Shown here in pieces: positions 18,366 through 29,167 of a DNA stretch of 64,000 nucleotides. A model generated the notes under the pieces. The model made no database searches and was not told the DNA's origin. It saw nothing but the letters and a program-made list of their open reading frames with translations. The DNA is taken from NCBI GenBank assembly GCA_963662795.1, contig OY759746.1:1600001-1664000 (forward strand), read 5' to 3'. Position numbers and translations under genes: made by a program. Position 1 is the stretch's first letter; each line of letters starts with the position of its first letter. Origin of the DNA: Spirochaetia bacterium. Its GTDB lineage: Bacteria > Spirochaetota > Spirochaetia > CADAEX01.

Positions 18366-19322
18366 TCAGCTTCTGATTTTGTTTAAAAAAGCCGCCGCCC
18401 GGCTGTAATTCATCCCTTTGGTAAATTCAAAAATCGTGTCCTCACGGTTTCCTTCCGGAAGGGAGGCTTTGACAATAGGGTTTTTTATATAAAAGAGTAT
18501 GTCCTTTATGCTGATTCCGTTTTCAGCGGCATAGGCAAGAAAAGATAGTTCCGTAAAATCTTTTTTCCCGGCATTATACAGATATTCAATACCGTCCTGC
18601 ACCTGCTCAAACGGGCTTTTGGTATAGTGAAAAACCCTTGCAACAGGTTTTTTTTGAGCGATTATGCCGTTCTTTTTAAGTGTTGTTTCCATATCAGATA
18701 TCATTTCTGTTATTTCCTTCCATGGAAAATAAATTCTGAAAAGCATAACCGCTATGTCTGTAAGGTAATTATTCTTGTGAAGGAGGGCCGGGATATCATA
18801 GTTTATAATATAATATTCTTTGTGCTTCTTGATTGAATTACCGTATATTGTCATAAAATCTTCCGGTTCAACCCAGATATTAAACAGCCCTTCCTCATCA
18901 AGGGCGAATTTTTTCATGGCAGTATAGGGGTTTATTATTTTTGCTTTTTTAAAACTGCAGCCGTAGTGGTCTTCAAACATTTTGATCATGTTTGCTGTGA
19001 AATATCTCTTCCCTTTTTCCGCTGCCTTTATTTTGTTGGCGTAATGGTGTTCTATAATATGTTTTGAGTTTATGTAATCACCCGGGTAATTTGCGAGGTA
19101 TACAAGCCTGACATTTTCCGCATATTCCCGGTTTCCCTTTATTACTTTTAAAAGCGAGCTTTCAACCTCAACGCCGTTTGTCTCAGGCCGCAGATAGATA
19201 AAAACATCATTTGTTTTCCCTGTCGGATCCGGTCCAGGATAAGGTACCAGTACCGACGGGTTATGCACTATCCTTTTTTTGCGCGGCTTTTTTATCAAAA
19301 CTTCTTTCCGTACTGTTTCCAT
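18366..19322 (-). CDS. Hypothetical protein, weakly nucleoside-diphosphate-kinase-like
   Basis: 318-aa ORF overlapping the upstream gene; FIYLRPE, IIEHHYA, FHYTKSPFE. Confidence 0.6.
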   Translation of the reverse strand: METVRKEVLIKKPRKKRIVHNPSVLVPYPGPDPTGKTNDVFIYLRPETNGVEVESSLLKVIKGNREYAENVRLVYLANYPGDYINSKHIIEHHYANKIKAAEKGKRYFTANMIKMFEDHYGCSFKKAKIINPYTAMKKFALDEEGLFNIWVEPEDFMTIYGNSIKKHKEYYIINYDIPALLHKNNYLTDIAVMLFRIYFPWKEITEMISDMETTLKKNGIIAQKKPVARVFHYTKSPFEQVQDGIEYLYNAGKKDFTELSFLAYAAENGISIKDILFYIKNPIVKASLPEGNREDTIFEFTKGMNYSRAAAFLNKIRS

Positions 19323-21367
19323 ATCTTGAAAGCTATATTCATCGGTTCAATCATCGGGACAGTATATGTGTGAAAATCTTTTTTATATAAATAATCCCTT
19401 ATACTGAATACATATTGTGAAAATCCTCTCGGAGATACAATCATCGGTTTTGTCATTGAATGCTTCAGGTCAACAAGTCTGTCGGCAAGGTATTCGGAAA
19501 GATAGGGTACCTGTAGATAAAGCGCGGTTATTATACCGTCTACATTCGGGTCCCTGTCTATGATTTTCAAGGCTTCAAGCAGTCTGTCGTCATCGCAGTC
19601 GCCAAGCAAATCTATCGGGTTAGCTCCGAATATATGTTTTGCCTTTATCAGGTCACGAAGGGCTGCCTTTGTCCCGTCACTGAAAACAGCAAGCTTCATC
19701 CCATAGGCGGTTATCTGGTCTGCAATAAGTATTCCGGCTCCTCCTCCGACGCTGACAACGGCAATCCTGTCGTTGTGCGCCATGGGGTTTGTTGTAAGGA
19801 GTGATAATATATTTACCAGGATCTTGGGGTCTTCGGTGAGGGCCTCAATCATATAAAACCCCGCCTGTCTGCAACATGCCCTGAATGCCTCCACATTGCC
19901 GGCAAGGGTTGCTGTATGGGAAAGGGTCGCCTCTGCGCCCCCGCCGACTCCTCCCTTGATTATAAGAACAGGTTTTTTCTTTGTAACCTTTTTTCCGATT
20001 TCAAGGAAATGCTTGCCGTTCTTTATTCCTTCAAGGTATATAGCGATTACAGAAATATTGGGATCATCTCCCATGCTGTCGAGAATTTCAGGAAGGCCTA
20101 CACCGCTTGCGTTTCCTATTGAAACAAGTTTCCCGAGTTTCATGTTATCAGCTTTCATCATTTCAATGATTTCAAGACCCAGCCCTCCGCTTTGCGAGAT
20201 AATTCCGATGCCGTTCGGCTCCTCAATTATGCTGGTCCTGTGCTCGGGGATAAAAAAAGTGTTCATTCCCGAAAAATTGTTTATTGCGCCAAGACAGTTG
20301 GGCCCTACATACGCCACTCCGTACCGGCGGCTTATTTCGACAAGTCTGTCTTCCAGGTCTTTTCTTCCCACTTCCGCAAATCCGTCGCTGAGAATTATTG
20401 CTCCTTTCCCCCCTTTCTTGCAGAACTCTTCAAATTCCCTTACAGTCCCTTCCGCGTTGATTATAAACACCCCTACGTCCGGCGCTTCGGGAAGGTCCCC
20501 GATATTTTTATAGCATTTAAGGCCCATTATATAATCACGCCTGGGATTTATCGGATATAGTCTTTTAATTCTCATGCAGTTTTTAAGAATAATACCGCCC
20601 ATTGTTCCGGGGCGGGATGCGCCCAGCACTGCCATTGACTCGGGGTTAAGCAGAGAGTTAAGGCTGCGTCTTATCTTGTCCGGAATTTCAGGTTCCACTT
20701 CAATAAATACAGGATCTCCTTTTATAACCCTCGCATCGACAAGCGAATACCCGTTTTCATAAAGGACTATCGGGTTGAGGTCTATTTCAAGTATGTCCCT
20801 GTTTTCGGCCATGAGGGCTGATATATTAACGGCAATGGAAATTATTGCCTTTTTATCAAGAGGCTTTCCCCTGAACCCGTCAATTATCTGTCCGGCCCTG
20901 GTGAGAGAGAGCATCTCGTCAACATCTTTTTTCGACAAAAGACCTATCCCCGGAGCTGTGTCTTTTAAAAGCTCTACATATTTTCCTCCGCTTCCGGCAA
21001 TTATCAGCGGCCCGAAAACCGGGTCCTGATGCGCACCGACAAGCACCTCAAAACCGCCCGGGGCCATTTTCTGAAGCAGCAGTTCTTCCTGTTTCCTGTA
21101 ACCAGCTTTGGAGATGTTTCTGTTTATATCCGAGAGTGCTTTTTCAAGTTCATCCCTGTTTCTGATTCCGAGAATAACTGCACCGATATCCGACTTATGA
21201 ACTATTTCTTCAGAATTGGTTTTAAGTACAACAGGATACCCGAGCTTTTCGGCAGCTGCGCCAAGAGAACTGATATCTGCTTTACAGACTTCCCCCGAAA
21301 CAGTGATGTTGTATTTTTCAAGTAATTTTTTTGCTTCTGAAAAACTGATTTGTTTTCTCTCGGACAT
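19295..21367 (-). CDS. ADP-forming acetate/acyl-CoA ligase, fused beta-alpha order
   Basis: N-terminal ATP-grasp (GYPVVLK, HKSDIG, EIDLNP, VDAR), then CoA-binding (GAS, GPNCLG, SQSGG, YLEG), phospho-His SHTATLAG and NPIDL. Confidence 0.9.
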   Translation of the reverse strand: MSERKQISFSEAKKLLEKYNITVSGEVCKADISSLGAAAEKLGYPVVLKTNSEEIVHKSDIGAVILGIRNRDELEKALSDINRNISKAGYRKQEELLLQKMAPGGFEVLVGAHQDPVFGPLIIAGSGGKYVELLKDTAPGIGLLSKKDVDEMLSLTRAGQIIDGFRGKPLDKKAIISIAVNISALMAENRDILEIDLNPIVLYENGYSLVDARVIKGDPVFIEVEPEIPDKIRRSLNSLLNPESMAVLGASRPGTMGGIILKNCMRIKRLYPINPRRDYIMGLKCYKNIGDLPEAPDVGVFIINAEGTVREFEEFCKKGGKGAIILSDGFAEVGRKDLEDRLVEISRRYGVAYVGPNCLGAINNFSGMNTFFIPEHRTSIIEEPNGIGIISQSGGLGLEIIEMMKADNMKLGKLVSIGNASGVGLPEILDSMGDDPNISVIAIYLEGIKNGKHFLEIGKKVTKKKPVLIIKGGVGGGAEATLSHTATLAGNVEAFRACCRQAGFYMIEALTEDPKILVNILSLLTTNPMAHNDRIAVVSVGGGAGILIADQITAYGMKLAVFSDGTKAALRDLIKAKHIFGANPIDLLGDCDDDRLLEALKIIDRDPNVDGIITALYLQVPYLSEYLADRLVDLKHSMTKPMIVSPRGFSQYVFSIRDYLYKKDFHTYTVPMIEPMNIAFKIWKQYGKKF

Positions 21368-21478
21368 TGTTTGGCTCCTTACTTGAAGGGAAATATAATA
21401 TTGCGGTCTATGGTTATTATGCTCTCTTAGGTGAATAATTTCAAATATAATTTTAAGGATAATGAATCCTCAAAAGAC

Positions 21479-21526
21479 TTGAAATTATTGCAAACGTTTA
21501 CTATTATTTAATGGTAAACGTTTGCA
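21479..21526 (+). promoter_or_regulatory. Promoter with two LacI-family operators
   Basis: TTGAAA-17-TATTAT; TGCAAACGTTTAC (21489-21501) and its exact reverse complement GTAAACGTTTGCA (21514-21526). Confidence 0.8.
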
Positions 21527-21565
21527 GAAAGGAAGAGAGCGCCGTAACAGGCCTCAAACCGGAAA

Positions 21566-22567
21566 ATGACCGTAACCATAAAAGATATTGCAGAAAAGGC
21601 AGGTGTATCATACGCCACAGTCTCAAGAGCGTTAAACTATAAATACGGTGTAAACCCCTCGACCCGCCGGCAGATCCTTGAAATAGCGTCCAGCATGAAT
21701 TACAGCCCCAATGCGATAGCCCGGGGACTTGTCAAAAAGCAGACACATACAATCGGCCTTATTATTCCTGATATAACAAATCCTTTTTTCCCGGAGGTTG
21801 CCCGCGGTGTTGAGGATATGTCCGAAAAAATGGGATACAGCATTTTTTTGTGCAATTCAAACTGGGATAAAACCAAGGAAAACCGTTATGTAAAACTCCT
21901 GATTGAAAAAAGGGTTGACGGACTGATTCTTGCCCCGTCTGCAAGTATTATAACTGAAGAGGACAGGCAGATATATTCACGCCTTCCGGTTGTCCTTATG
22001 AGCGGCGTACAGAGCGGATGCGGGACCGCTTCTGTTGTAGTTGACAATGTAAAAGGCGGGTTTATCGCAGGTAAGTATCTTATTGAAAAGGGGAGAAAAA
22101 AACTCTGCTATATAGGGGGAGCTGAAGATTCATTTTCAGTTAAGGAGAGATTTGAAGGGTTTTTTCAGGCAGCAGAAAGCAGTTTTTCAGTCAGCCTTTC
22201 ACCCGACCTTGTGGGGTTCGGTGATTACAGGCAGAAAAGCGGGTACAGGATAATGAAAGAGCTCCTTGAAAGCAGGAATATTCCTGATGCTGTTTTTGCG
22301 TCAAACGACCTTCTTGCGATCGGAGTTATTCAGGCAATAAGGGCATCAGGGCTTAAAGTGCCTGAAGACATTTCCGTGATAGGTTTTGACAATATTGCGG
22401 CGGCAGGATTCGGAGAGGTTGAACTTACAACCATTGAGCACCCCAAGTACAGAATGGGCGAACTTGCCGCCGGAATGCTTCTTGAAAAAATTGACCTGAA
22501 GCCGGAAATGCAGGAAAATAAAAGAGTGGTCCTTGAACCTGAACTTATTATAAGGAGAACAGCCTGA
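21566..22567 (+). CDS. LacI family transcriptional regulator (probable inositol repressor)
   Basis: TIKDIAEKAGVSYATVSRALN, YSPNAIARGL, VPEDISVIGFDN. Confidence 0.95.
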   Translation: MTVTIKDIAEKAGVSYATVSRALNYKYGVNPSTRRQILEIASSMNYSPNAIARGLVKKQTHTIGLIIPDITNPFFPEVARGVEDMSEKMGYSIFLCNSNWDKTKENRYVKLLIEKRVDGLILAPSASIITEEDRQIYSRLPVVLMSGVQSGCGTASVVVDNVKGGFIAGKYLIEKGRKKLCYIGGAEDSFSVKERFEGFFQAAESSFSVSLSPDLVGFGDYRQKSGYRIMKELLESRNIPDAVFASNDLLAIGVIQAIRASGLKVPEDISVIGFDNIAAAGFGEVELTTIEHPKYRMGELAAGMLLEKIDLKPEMQENKRVVLEPELIIRRTA

Positions 22568-22690
22568 TATAGAGGTATTTAAGGATGCACTTCCGGAATG
22601 GCAGTGTCTTAAGCGGTGATGCCGTGAATAGAAAAAAACCTTAAGGCTGATTCTCTTTTTTTAAACTAAATAAAAAAACTGGAGGAAAAG

Positions 22691-23485
22691 ATGGTTATCA
22701 AACAGAACACGGATTTCCCTGAAGGGTATACATCTGTAACTGAACTTGACGGAAAGTTCAGCGAAATGAAAATGGATTTTGGCATTCTTAAAATCAGGAA
22801 AGGGAAAAGCGAAACCTTTAAAGAGAAAAAGGAGAGAGCATATCTCCTTATGACAGGAAAAATTGTATTTGAATGGGAAGGGAAAAAACAGGAAGCATCC
22901 AGAAAGGATTTCTTCAGGGAAAGTCCATATGTCCTTCATGTTCCCGAAAATGTTGAAGTGAAAATTACCGCTCTTGAGGACTGTGAGATCGCAATCCAGA
23001 AAGTTAAAAATACCAGCATTTTTGAGAGCCGTCTTCACACACCTGATGAATGCATTTCGGCGGAATTCGGTAAAGGGACTCTCGGTGAAACATCAACCAG
23101 AATTGTAAGAACCGTTTTTGATGCGGCGACCTCACCAATGTCCGGAATGGTAATGGGTGAGGTAATAAACTTTCCGGGGAAATGGTCAAGCTACCCGCCT
23201 CATGCCCATGCACAGCCTGAAATTTACCACTACAGGTTTTATCCGAAACAGGGTTTTGGTTTTTCAATGCTTGATGACGATGCCTATGTCGTTAAAAACG
23301 GATACACCTGTACGCTGGACCCTGACAAGGTCCACTCCCAGGCTTCAGGCCCCGGATACGCGATGTATTATATATGGATGATTCCCCATATCCCTGAGCA
23401 GAAGTGGTCAAGGGAAACTACATACTTTCACAAAGACCACAAATGGCTGCTTGACGGCGGCGCCAAAATATGGCCGGAGGCATGA
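22691..23485 (+). CDS. iolB: 5-deoxy-glucuronate isomerase
   Basis: GKWSSYPPH, EIYHYRF.P.QGFG; iol context. Confidence 0.9.
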   Translation: MVIKQNTDFPEGYTSVTELDGKFSEMKMDFGILKIRKGKSETFKEKKERAYLLMTGKIVFEWEGKKQEASRKDFFRESPYVLHVPENVEVKITALEDCEIAIQKVKNTSIFESRLHTPDECISAEFGKGTLGETSTRIVRTVFDAATSPMSGMVMGEVINFPGKWSSYPPHAHAQPEIYHYRFYPKQGFGFSMLDDDAYVVKNGYTCTLDPDKVHSQASGPGYAMYYIWMIPHIPEQKWSRETTYFHKDHKWLLDGGAKIWPEA

Positions 23486-23591
23486 ACAGCGGGCAGGTCA
23501 AACGTGCCGGCAGGATATTTCCTGACGCAAAGGCTTCGTAAATTCAAACATTACGAATAACGAAATATAAATTATGGAATGGAGGGAATAA

Positions 23592-25526
23592 ATGGAAACT
23601 ATCCGCCTTACAACAGCACAGGCAATAGTAAAATTTCTTGATAAACAATATGTGGAATTAAACGGCAAAGAAGAAAAATTCGTTAAAGGGTTTTTTATAA
23701 TCCCCGGGCACGGCAATGTTTTAGGTCTTGGACAGGCGCTTGAGGAATCCCCCGGAGATCTTGTTGTGCATCAGGGGAGAAACGAGCAGGGGATGGCCCA
23801 TGCCGCAATAGGTTTTGCCAAGCAGAAGCACAGAAGGCAGATTTATGCCTGCACATCCTCAATCGGCCCGGGAGCAGCCAATATGGTAACAGCGGCGGGA
23901 ACAGCTTCCGCCAACAGAATACCGGTGCTCTTTTTCCCCGGAGATACCTACGCTTCCCGGCAGCCGGATCCTGTACTTCAGCAGGTAGAGCATTTTCATG
24001 ACCTTAATATTACGACTAACGATGCTTTCAAGGGCGTTTGCAGGTTCTGGGACAGGATTAACAGGCCTGAGCAGGCAATGACATCGCTCATTAATGCCAT
24101 GAGGGTCCTTACAGATCCTGCAGAGACAGGAGCTGTAGCCATAGCGCTGCCTCAGGATGTAGAAGGAGAAGCTTACGATTATCCTGTCGATTTTTTTAAA
24201 AAAAGGGTTCACAGGATTGAAAGAAAGGCGCCGACCGCTGAAATGCTTAAAGATGCCGCGGCGGCGTTCAAGGGAAAAAAGAAACCCCTTCTGATCTGCG
24301 GCGGCGGAGTGCGTTATTCGGAAGCACATGATGTGTTTAAAAAGTTTGCGGAAAAACACAACATCCCCTTTGCTGAAACTCAGGCCGGGAAAAGCGCAAT
24401 CCCGTATGACCACTATCTTAACCTCGGGGGAATAGGCACGACCGGCGGACTTGCCGCGAATCTGATCGCTAAAGACGCAGACCTTATTATCGGCGTAGGC
24501 ACCAGGATGGGTGACTTTACGACTGCATCCAAATGGCTTTTCCAGAACAGCGGGGTAGAGTTTTTAAATATCAATATAGCATCCTTTGACGCATACAAGA
24601 TGGATGCCGTGAGGGTAACCGCGGATGCTAAAGCCTCTCTTGCCGCGCTTTCCAGAGAACTTCTCAAGACAGGCTATAAATCCTCATGGAAAAATGAAAT
24701 CAAGGATGCACGGGATAAATGGTTTGCTGAACTTGACAGGCTTTTCAGTGTCGAGTACAGCAGGAAAGGTTTTACTCCTGAAGTTGCCGGACACAGGGAC
24801 AGCATGCTTAAAGAGTTTGCGGATGATTTCGGATGCTGCCTGACTCAGACAAGGATTCTTGGAATCCTTGATGAGATGCTGGATGACAGCGCAATTGTTG
24901 TAGGGTCTTCCGGAAGCCTTCCCGGCGACATGCAGAGGGTATGGAAACCGAAAAAGCCCAATACCTACCATATGGAATACGGCTACTCATGCATGGGATA
25001 CGAAGTGTGCGCATCACTGGGGGTAAAACTTGCCGAACCTTCAAGGGAAGTCTACTCATTTGTCGGAGACGGGTCATACATGATGCTTCATTCAGAACTT
25101 GTAACATCAGTACAGGAAGGGAAAAAAATCAATATCCTTCTTTTTGACAATACCTCTTTCGGCTGCATAAACAATCTGCAGATGGAAAACGGACAGGGAA
25201 ATTTCATGACAGAGTTCAGGTACAGGGATTCGAAGTCAGGTAAACTTGACGGAAAGATCGTCCCTGTTGATTTCGCAATGAACGCCTCTGCCTATGGATG
25301 CAAGACCTATACAGTGAAAAATGAAGAAGAACTGAGGGAAGCAATAAGGGATTCAAAGAAACAGAAGGTTTCGACCCTTATTGATATCAAGGTTTTTCCG
25401 AAGACCATGACACACGGATATGAGGGATTCTGGAGAGTCGGAAGTTCGGAAGCTGCCGTGAATAAAAAGATTGTAAGAAAAAACACAGAGATGAAAAAAG
25501 AGCTTGATAAAGCCCGAAGATATTAA
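23592..25526 (+). CDS. iolD: THcHDO hydrolase (ThDP-dependent)
   Basis: [45 protein letters not shown]. Confidence 0.96.
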   Translation: METIRLTTAQAIVKFLDKQYVELNGKEEKFVKGFFIIPGHGNVLGLGQALEESPGDLVVHQGRNEQGMAHAAIGFAKQKHRRQIYACTSSIGPGAANMVTAAGTASANRIPVLFFPGDTYASRQPDPVLQQVEHFHDLNITTNDAFKGVCRFWDRINRPEQAMTSLINAMRVLTDPAETGAVAIALPQDVEGEAYDYPVDFFKKRVHRIERKAPTAEMLKDAAAAFKGKKKPLLICGGGVRYSEAHDVFKKFAEKHNIPFAETQAGKSAIPYDHYLNLGGIGTTGGLAANLIAKDADLIIGVGTRMGDFTTASKWLFQNSGVEFLNINIASFDAYKMDAVRVTADAKASLAALSRELLKTGYKSSWKNEIKDARDKWFAELDRLFSVEYSRKGFTPEVAGHRDSMLKEFADDFGCCLTQTRILGILDEMLDDSAIVVGSSGSLPGDMQRVWKPKKPNTYHMEYGYSCMGYEVCASLGVKLAEPSREVYSFVGDGSYMMLHSELVTSVQEGKKINILLFDNTSFGCINNLQMENGQGNFMTEFRYRDSKSGKLDGKIVPVDFAMNASAYGCKTYTVKNEEELREAIRDSKKQKVSTLIDIKVFPKTMTHGYEGFWRVGSSEAAVNKKIVRKNTEMKKELDKARRY

Positions 25527-25542
25527 ACATAAGGAAAAAAAT

Positions 25543-26436
25543 ATGGATAAAAAGAAAGTCAAACTTGCCATGGCCCCGATCGGCTGGACAAACGATGACA
25601 TGCCTGACCTTGGAAGTGAAAACACATTCGAGCAGTGCGTAAGTGAAATGGCGCTTTCAGGATTTACAGGAAGCGAAGTGGGAAATAAGTATCCCAAAAA
25701 CCCGAAAGTACTGAAACAGTATCTTGACCCGCGGGGAATTCAGATTTGCAACCAGTGGTTCAGTTCATTTCTTACAACTGAAAGCCTTTCTTCAGTTAAG
25801 AAAGCGTTCAACGCTCAGCTTAAATTCCTTGAAGCTATGGGAGCATCGGTAATTGGACCTGCTGAACAGGGAAAAAGCATTCAAGGCAAACTCGATGTTC
25901 CTGTTTTCGCGGGCAAACCGACATTCACTGATGATGAATGGAAAAAACTTACAAGCGGTCTTAACGAGCTGGGTAAAATCGCGAAGGAAAAGGGTTTCAG
26001 GCTCTGTTATCACCATCACATGGGAACAGGTGTTCAGACCCTTGAGGAGACAGACAGGCTGATGGAAAATACAGACCCCTCATATGTCTACCTTCTTTTT
26101 GATTCCGGGCATTTTACGTTTTCAGGTGAAGATCCGGTAGCGGCACTTAAAAAACACATTAAAAGGGTAGGCCATGTCCACCTTAAAGATGTAAGACCCA
26201 ATGTGCTTAAAGCTGTAAAATCCAAAAAAATGAGTTTTCTTGACGCGGTCAGGGCCGGAGCTTTTACAATTCCAGGCGATGGATGTATAGATTTTCCTTC
26301 AATTTTTAAAGTACTTGAAGAGGGTAAATACAAGGGCTGGATGGTAGTTGAAGCGGAACAGGATCCCGCAAAAGCCAATCCGTTTGAATATGCTCTAAAG
26401 GCAAGAAAATATATAAGGGAAAATGCGGGTATATAA
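25543..26436 (+). CDS. iolE: Myo-inosose-2 dehydratase
   Basis: [33 protein letters not shown]. Start at ATG 25543. Confidence 0.96.
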   Translation: MDKKKVKLAMAPIGWTNDDMPDLGSENTFEQCVSEMALSGFTGSEVGNKYPKNPKVLKQYLDPRGIQICNQWFSSFLTTESLSSVKKAFNAQLKFLEAMGASVIGPAEQGKSIQGKLDVPVFAGKPTFTDDEWKKLTSGLNELGKIAKEKGFRLCYHHHMGTGVQTLEETDRLMENTDPSYVYLLFDSGHFTFSGEDPVAALKKHIKRVGHVHLKDVRPNVLKAVKSKKMSFLDAVRAGAFTIPGDGCIDFPSIFKVLEEGKYKGWMVVEAEQDPAKANPFEYALKARKYIRENAGI

Positions 26437-26524
26437 TGATCAGGCCCTTTAAAGCCGGATAGAAACGCTGCCCCTCAATCGGGGCGGCATCCTGCCTTAG
26501 GCGGGACAATAAAAAGGAGAATAT

Positions 26525-27547
26525 ATGGCAGATAAAATAAGAGTTGGAATAATCGGAGCCGGCAGGATAGGAAAAGTTCATGCTGAAAGCATAGCGTATC
26601 ACATCCCCGAGGCGGAAGTTGTAACAGTTTCTGATCCGTTTGTAAACGCGGATATCGAGAAATTCATGAAAAATCTCGGTGTTAAAAAAGTTACAAATGA
26701 TTACAAAGAGATTATAAATGACAAGGATATTGATGTTGTCCTTATCTGCTCGCCTACAAACACTCACTCCCGGTACAGTATTGAAGCGGCCAACGCAGGA
26801 AAACATATCTTCTGTGAAAAGCCGATAGATATGGATGTTGATAAAATAAAGGAAACAATAAAAGCCGTAGAAAAAGCAGGTGTAAAATTTCAGGTTGGTT
26901 TTAACAGAAGGTTTGACCATAATTTCCTGAAAGTAAAAGGCCTTGTGAAGGAAGGCAAGGTCGGTGATATCCATGTTGTAAGAATTACATCAAGGGACCC
27001 GGCAGCGCCTCCGGCCGAGTATGTAAAAGGCTCGGGTGGTATGTTTATGGATATGACTATTCATGATTTTGATATGGCAAGGTATCTTTCAGGCAGCGAA
27101 GTAGAGGAAGTTTTCGCATACGGTACTGTTTTAGTCGATCCGGCAATCGGTGCGGCAGGAGATATTGATACAGCTGTTGTAACCCTTAAATTCGCAAACG
27201 GGGCGCTTGGAATAATTGAAAACTCAAGACAGGCTATATACGGCTATGACCAGCGGGTTGAGGTTTTCGGAAACAAGGGAGCTGTCGAGGTATCCAATGA
27301 TAAACAGTCATCTGCTGTTTTAAGCACAAAGGAAGGGGTAGCAAGCGAAAAGCCGCTTTATTTCTTTCTCGAAAGATATATGGAATCATTTACTGAGGAA
27401 AAGAGACAGTTTTTTGCAGCTATAAAAAACAATACAGCTCCTCCTGTAGGAGCGTTGGACGGTCTTAAACCCGTGCTTATAGCCAAGGCGGCGCTTAAAT
27501 CTGTTAAGGAAGGCCGGCCTGTCAAAATATCAGAAATAGACAAATAA
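26525..27547 (+). CDS. iolG: Inositol 2-dehydrogenase
   Basis: GAGRIG, CEKP, GFNRRFD, SRDP, DMTIHDFD, YGYDQR. Confidence 0.95.
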   Translation: MADKIRVGIIGAGRIGKVHAESIAYHIPEAEVVTVSDPFVNADIEKFMKNLGVKKVTNDYKEIINDKDIDVVLICSPTNTHSRYSIEAANAGKHIFCEKPIDMDVDKIKETIKAVEKAGVKFQVGFNRRFDHNFLKVKGLVKEGKVGDIHVVRITSRDPAAPPAEYVKGSGGMFMDMTIHDFDMARYLSGSEVEEVFAYGTVLVDPAIGAAGDIDTAVVTLKFANGALGIIENSRQAIYGYDQRVEVFGNKGAVEVSNDKQSSAVLSTKEGVASEKPLYFFLERYMESFTEEKRQFFAAIKNNTAPPVGALDGLKPVLIAKAALKSVKEGRPVKISEIDK

Positions 27548-27566
27548 AAATACAGGGAGGAAAATA

Positions 27567-28946
27567 ATGGAAGCGAAAGAAATGGTAGCTGCCCTGATAA
27601 AAAGGGCAAGGGCGGCGCAGAAGATAGCGGACGGATACAGCCAGGAAAAGGTTGATGAACTTGTAAAGGCGATATCATGGGCTATAATAAAGAAGGAAAA
27701 CTCGGAAAAAATAGCGCGCCTTGCGGTGGATGAATCGCAGCTCGGACACTATGAAGGAAAATACGGAAAGCTGCAGAAGAAAATCCGCGGTGTAGTTCGT
27801 GATGTGGCCGGAGTAAAATCTGTAGGTATAATTGAGCGTGATGAGAAAAAAGGACTCCTTAAAATAGCAAAACCTGTTGGAGTAATAGGGGCGCTTGTCC
27901 CCTGCACAAATCCTGAGGCGACCCCTGTAATCAAGGCGATAAACTCGATCAAGGGAAGAAACGCAATCATCTTCGCGCCGCACCCGAGGACAAAGAAAAC
28001 CAATACCCTTATAGTAAACATTATGAGGGACGCGCTTAAAAGACACGGAGCGCCGGAAGACCTTATAATCGGAATAGAAGAGCCTTCGATGGACGCAAGC
28101 GGAGAGCTTATGGCCCAGTGCGACCTTGTTGTTGCAACAGGCGGGGCAGGGATGGTAAAAGCTGCATATTCATCAGGAACTCCTGCATACGGAGTAGGTG
28201 CCGGAAATGTTGTAGTTGTAGTTGATGAGACAGCGGACTTTAAAGACAGCGCAAAGAAGATAATGCTGAGCAAGACATTTGATCTTGCAACCAGCTGCAG
28301 CGCGGACAATAATATCGTTCTTGTCGATGAGGTTTATGAAAAAATGCTTGATGAGCTTAAGGCAGTGGGCGGGTACATGTGCTCATCCGATGAGAAGGCA
28401 AAGCTTCAGAAGGTAGTCTTTCCAGATAATCATCTCGGACGGGACCATGTCGCACAGAGTGCACAGAAGATAGCATCCCTTGCGGGGTTTAAAATACCTG
28501 AAGGTGTAACCTTCATCCTTGTTGAGGAAGACGGTGTAGGGGCAAGCCATCCGTTCAGCGGAGAGAAGATGAGCGTAATCGCAGCTGTTCATAAAGTAGC
28601 TGATTTTAAGGCCGCGATTGATAAGGTAAACGAGATAACATCCTATCAGGGCGCGGGGCACTCCTGCGGTCTTTACTCAAATGATATGAAGCGGATAGAA
28701 GAATTCGGCGTTAAAACAAAGACGAGCCGTGTAATGATCAGGCAGCCTCAGGTGTTCGGAAACAGCGGAAACTGGGACAACGGTCTTCCATTTACTCTTA
28801 CCCTCGGATGCGGAACATGGGGAGGCAACATCTCAAGCGAGAACATCACCTGGAAGCATTTTATCAATATAACATGGCTTTCGATGCCTATCCCTGAGGT
28901 AATCCCGAAAGATGAGGACCTCTTTGGCGATATCATGAAGGAATAA
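27567..28946 (+). CDS. CoA-acylating aldehyde dehydrogenase (SauS/AdhE-ALDH-like), copy 1
   Basis: PVGVIGALVPCTNP, ATGGAGMVKAAYSSG, SKTFD..TSCSADN, EKMS, LTLGCGTWGGN. Confidence 0.9.
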   Translation: MEAKEMVAALIKRARAAQKIADGYSQEKVDELVKAISWAIIKKENSEKIARLAVDESQLGHYEGKYGKLQKKIRGVVRDVAGVKSVGIIERDEKKGLLKIAKPVGVIGALVPCTNPEATPVIKAINSIKGRNAIIFAPHPRTKKTNTLIVNIMRDALKRHGAPEDLIIGIEEPSMDASGELMAQCDLVVATGGAGMVKAAYSSGTPAYGVGAGNVVVVVDETADFKDSAKKIMLSKTFDLATSCSADNNIVLVDEVYEKMLDELKAVGGYMCSSDEKAKLQKVVFPDNHLGRDHVAQSAQKIASLAGFKIPEGVTFILVEEDGVGASHPFSGEKMSVIAAVHKVADFKAAIDKVNEITSYQGAGHSCGLYSNDMKRIEEFGVKTKTSRVMIRQPQVFGNSGNWDNGLPFTLTLGCGTWGGNISSENITWKHFINITWLSMPIPEVIPKDEDLFGDIMKE

Positions 28947-28973
28947 TCTTTTTAAAAAAATAATGGGAAATCA

Positions 28974-29006
28974 AGGCTGCCTCTTCCTCGGGGGCAGCTT
29001 TTTTTT
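28974..29006 (+). terminator. Rho-independent terminator of the iol operon
   Basis: GGCTGCCTC/GGGGCAGCT stem followed by T8. Confidence 0.85.
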
Positions 29007-29069
29007 GATTAATCTGTCTATACAAATTCCTGATTCACGATTTTTACTATTGAAAAATAAAAGTAAAAA

Positions 29070-29131
29070 TCAAAAAAGAATAATAATAAATCAAAATAAG
29101 ATACGACAGGCTGATTTTTCAATGTGATACT
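29070..29131 (+). promoter_or_regulatory. AraC-type tandem site and promoter 1
   Basis: TCAA half-sites at 29070 and 29091 (21-bp period), TCAAAATAAGATACGACAG, TGnGATACT -10. Confidence 0.65.
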
Positions 29132-29167
29132 GATCTCCTGAAAAAAAATAAGTAAGGAAATAATATC

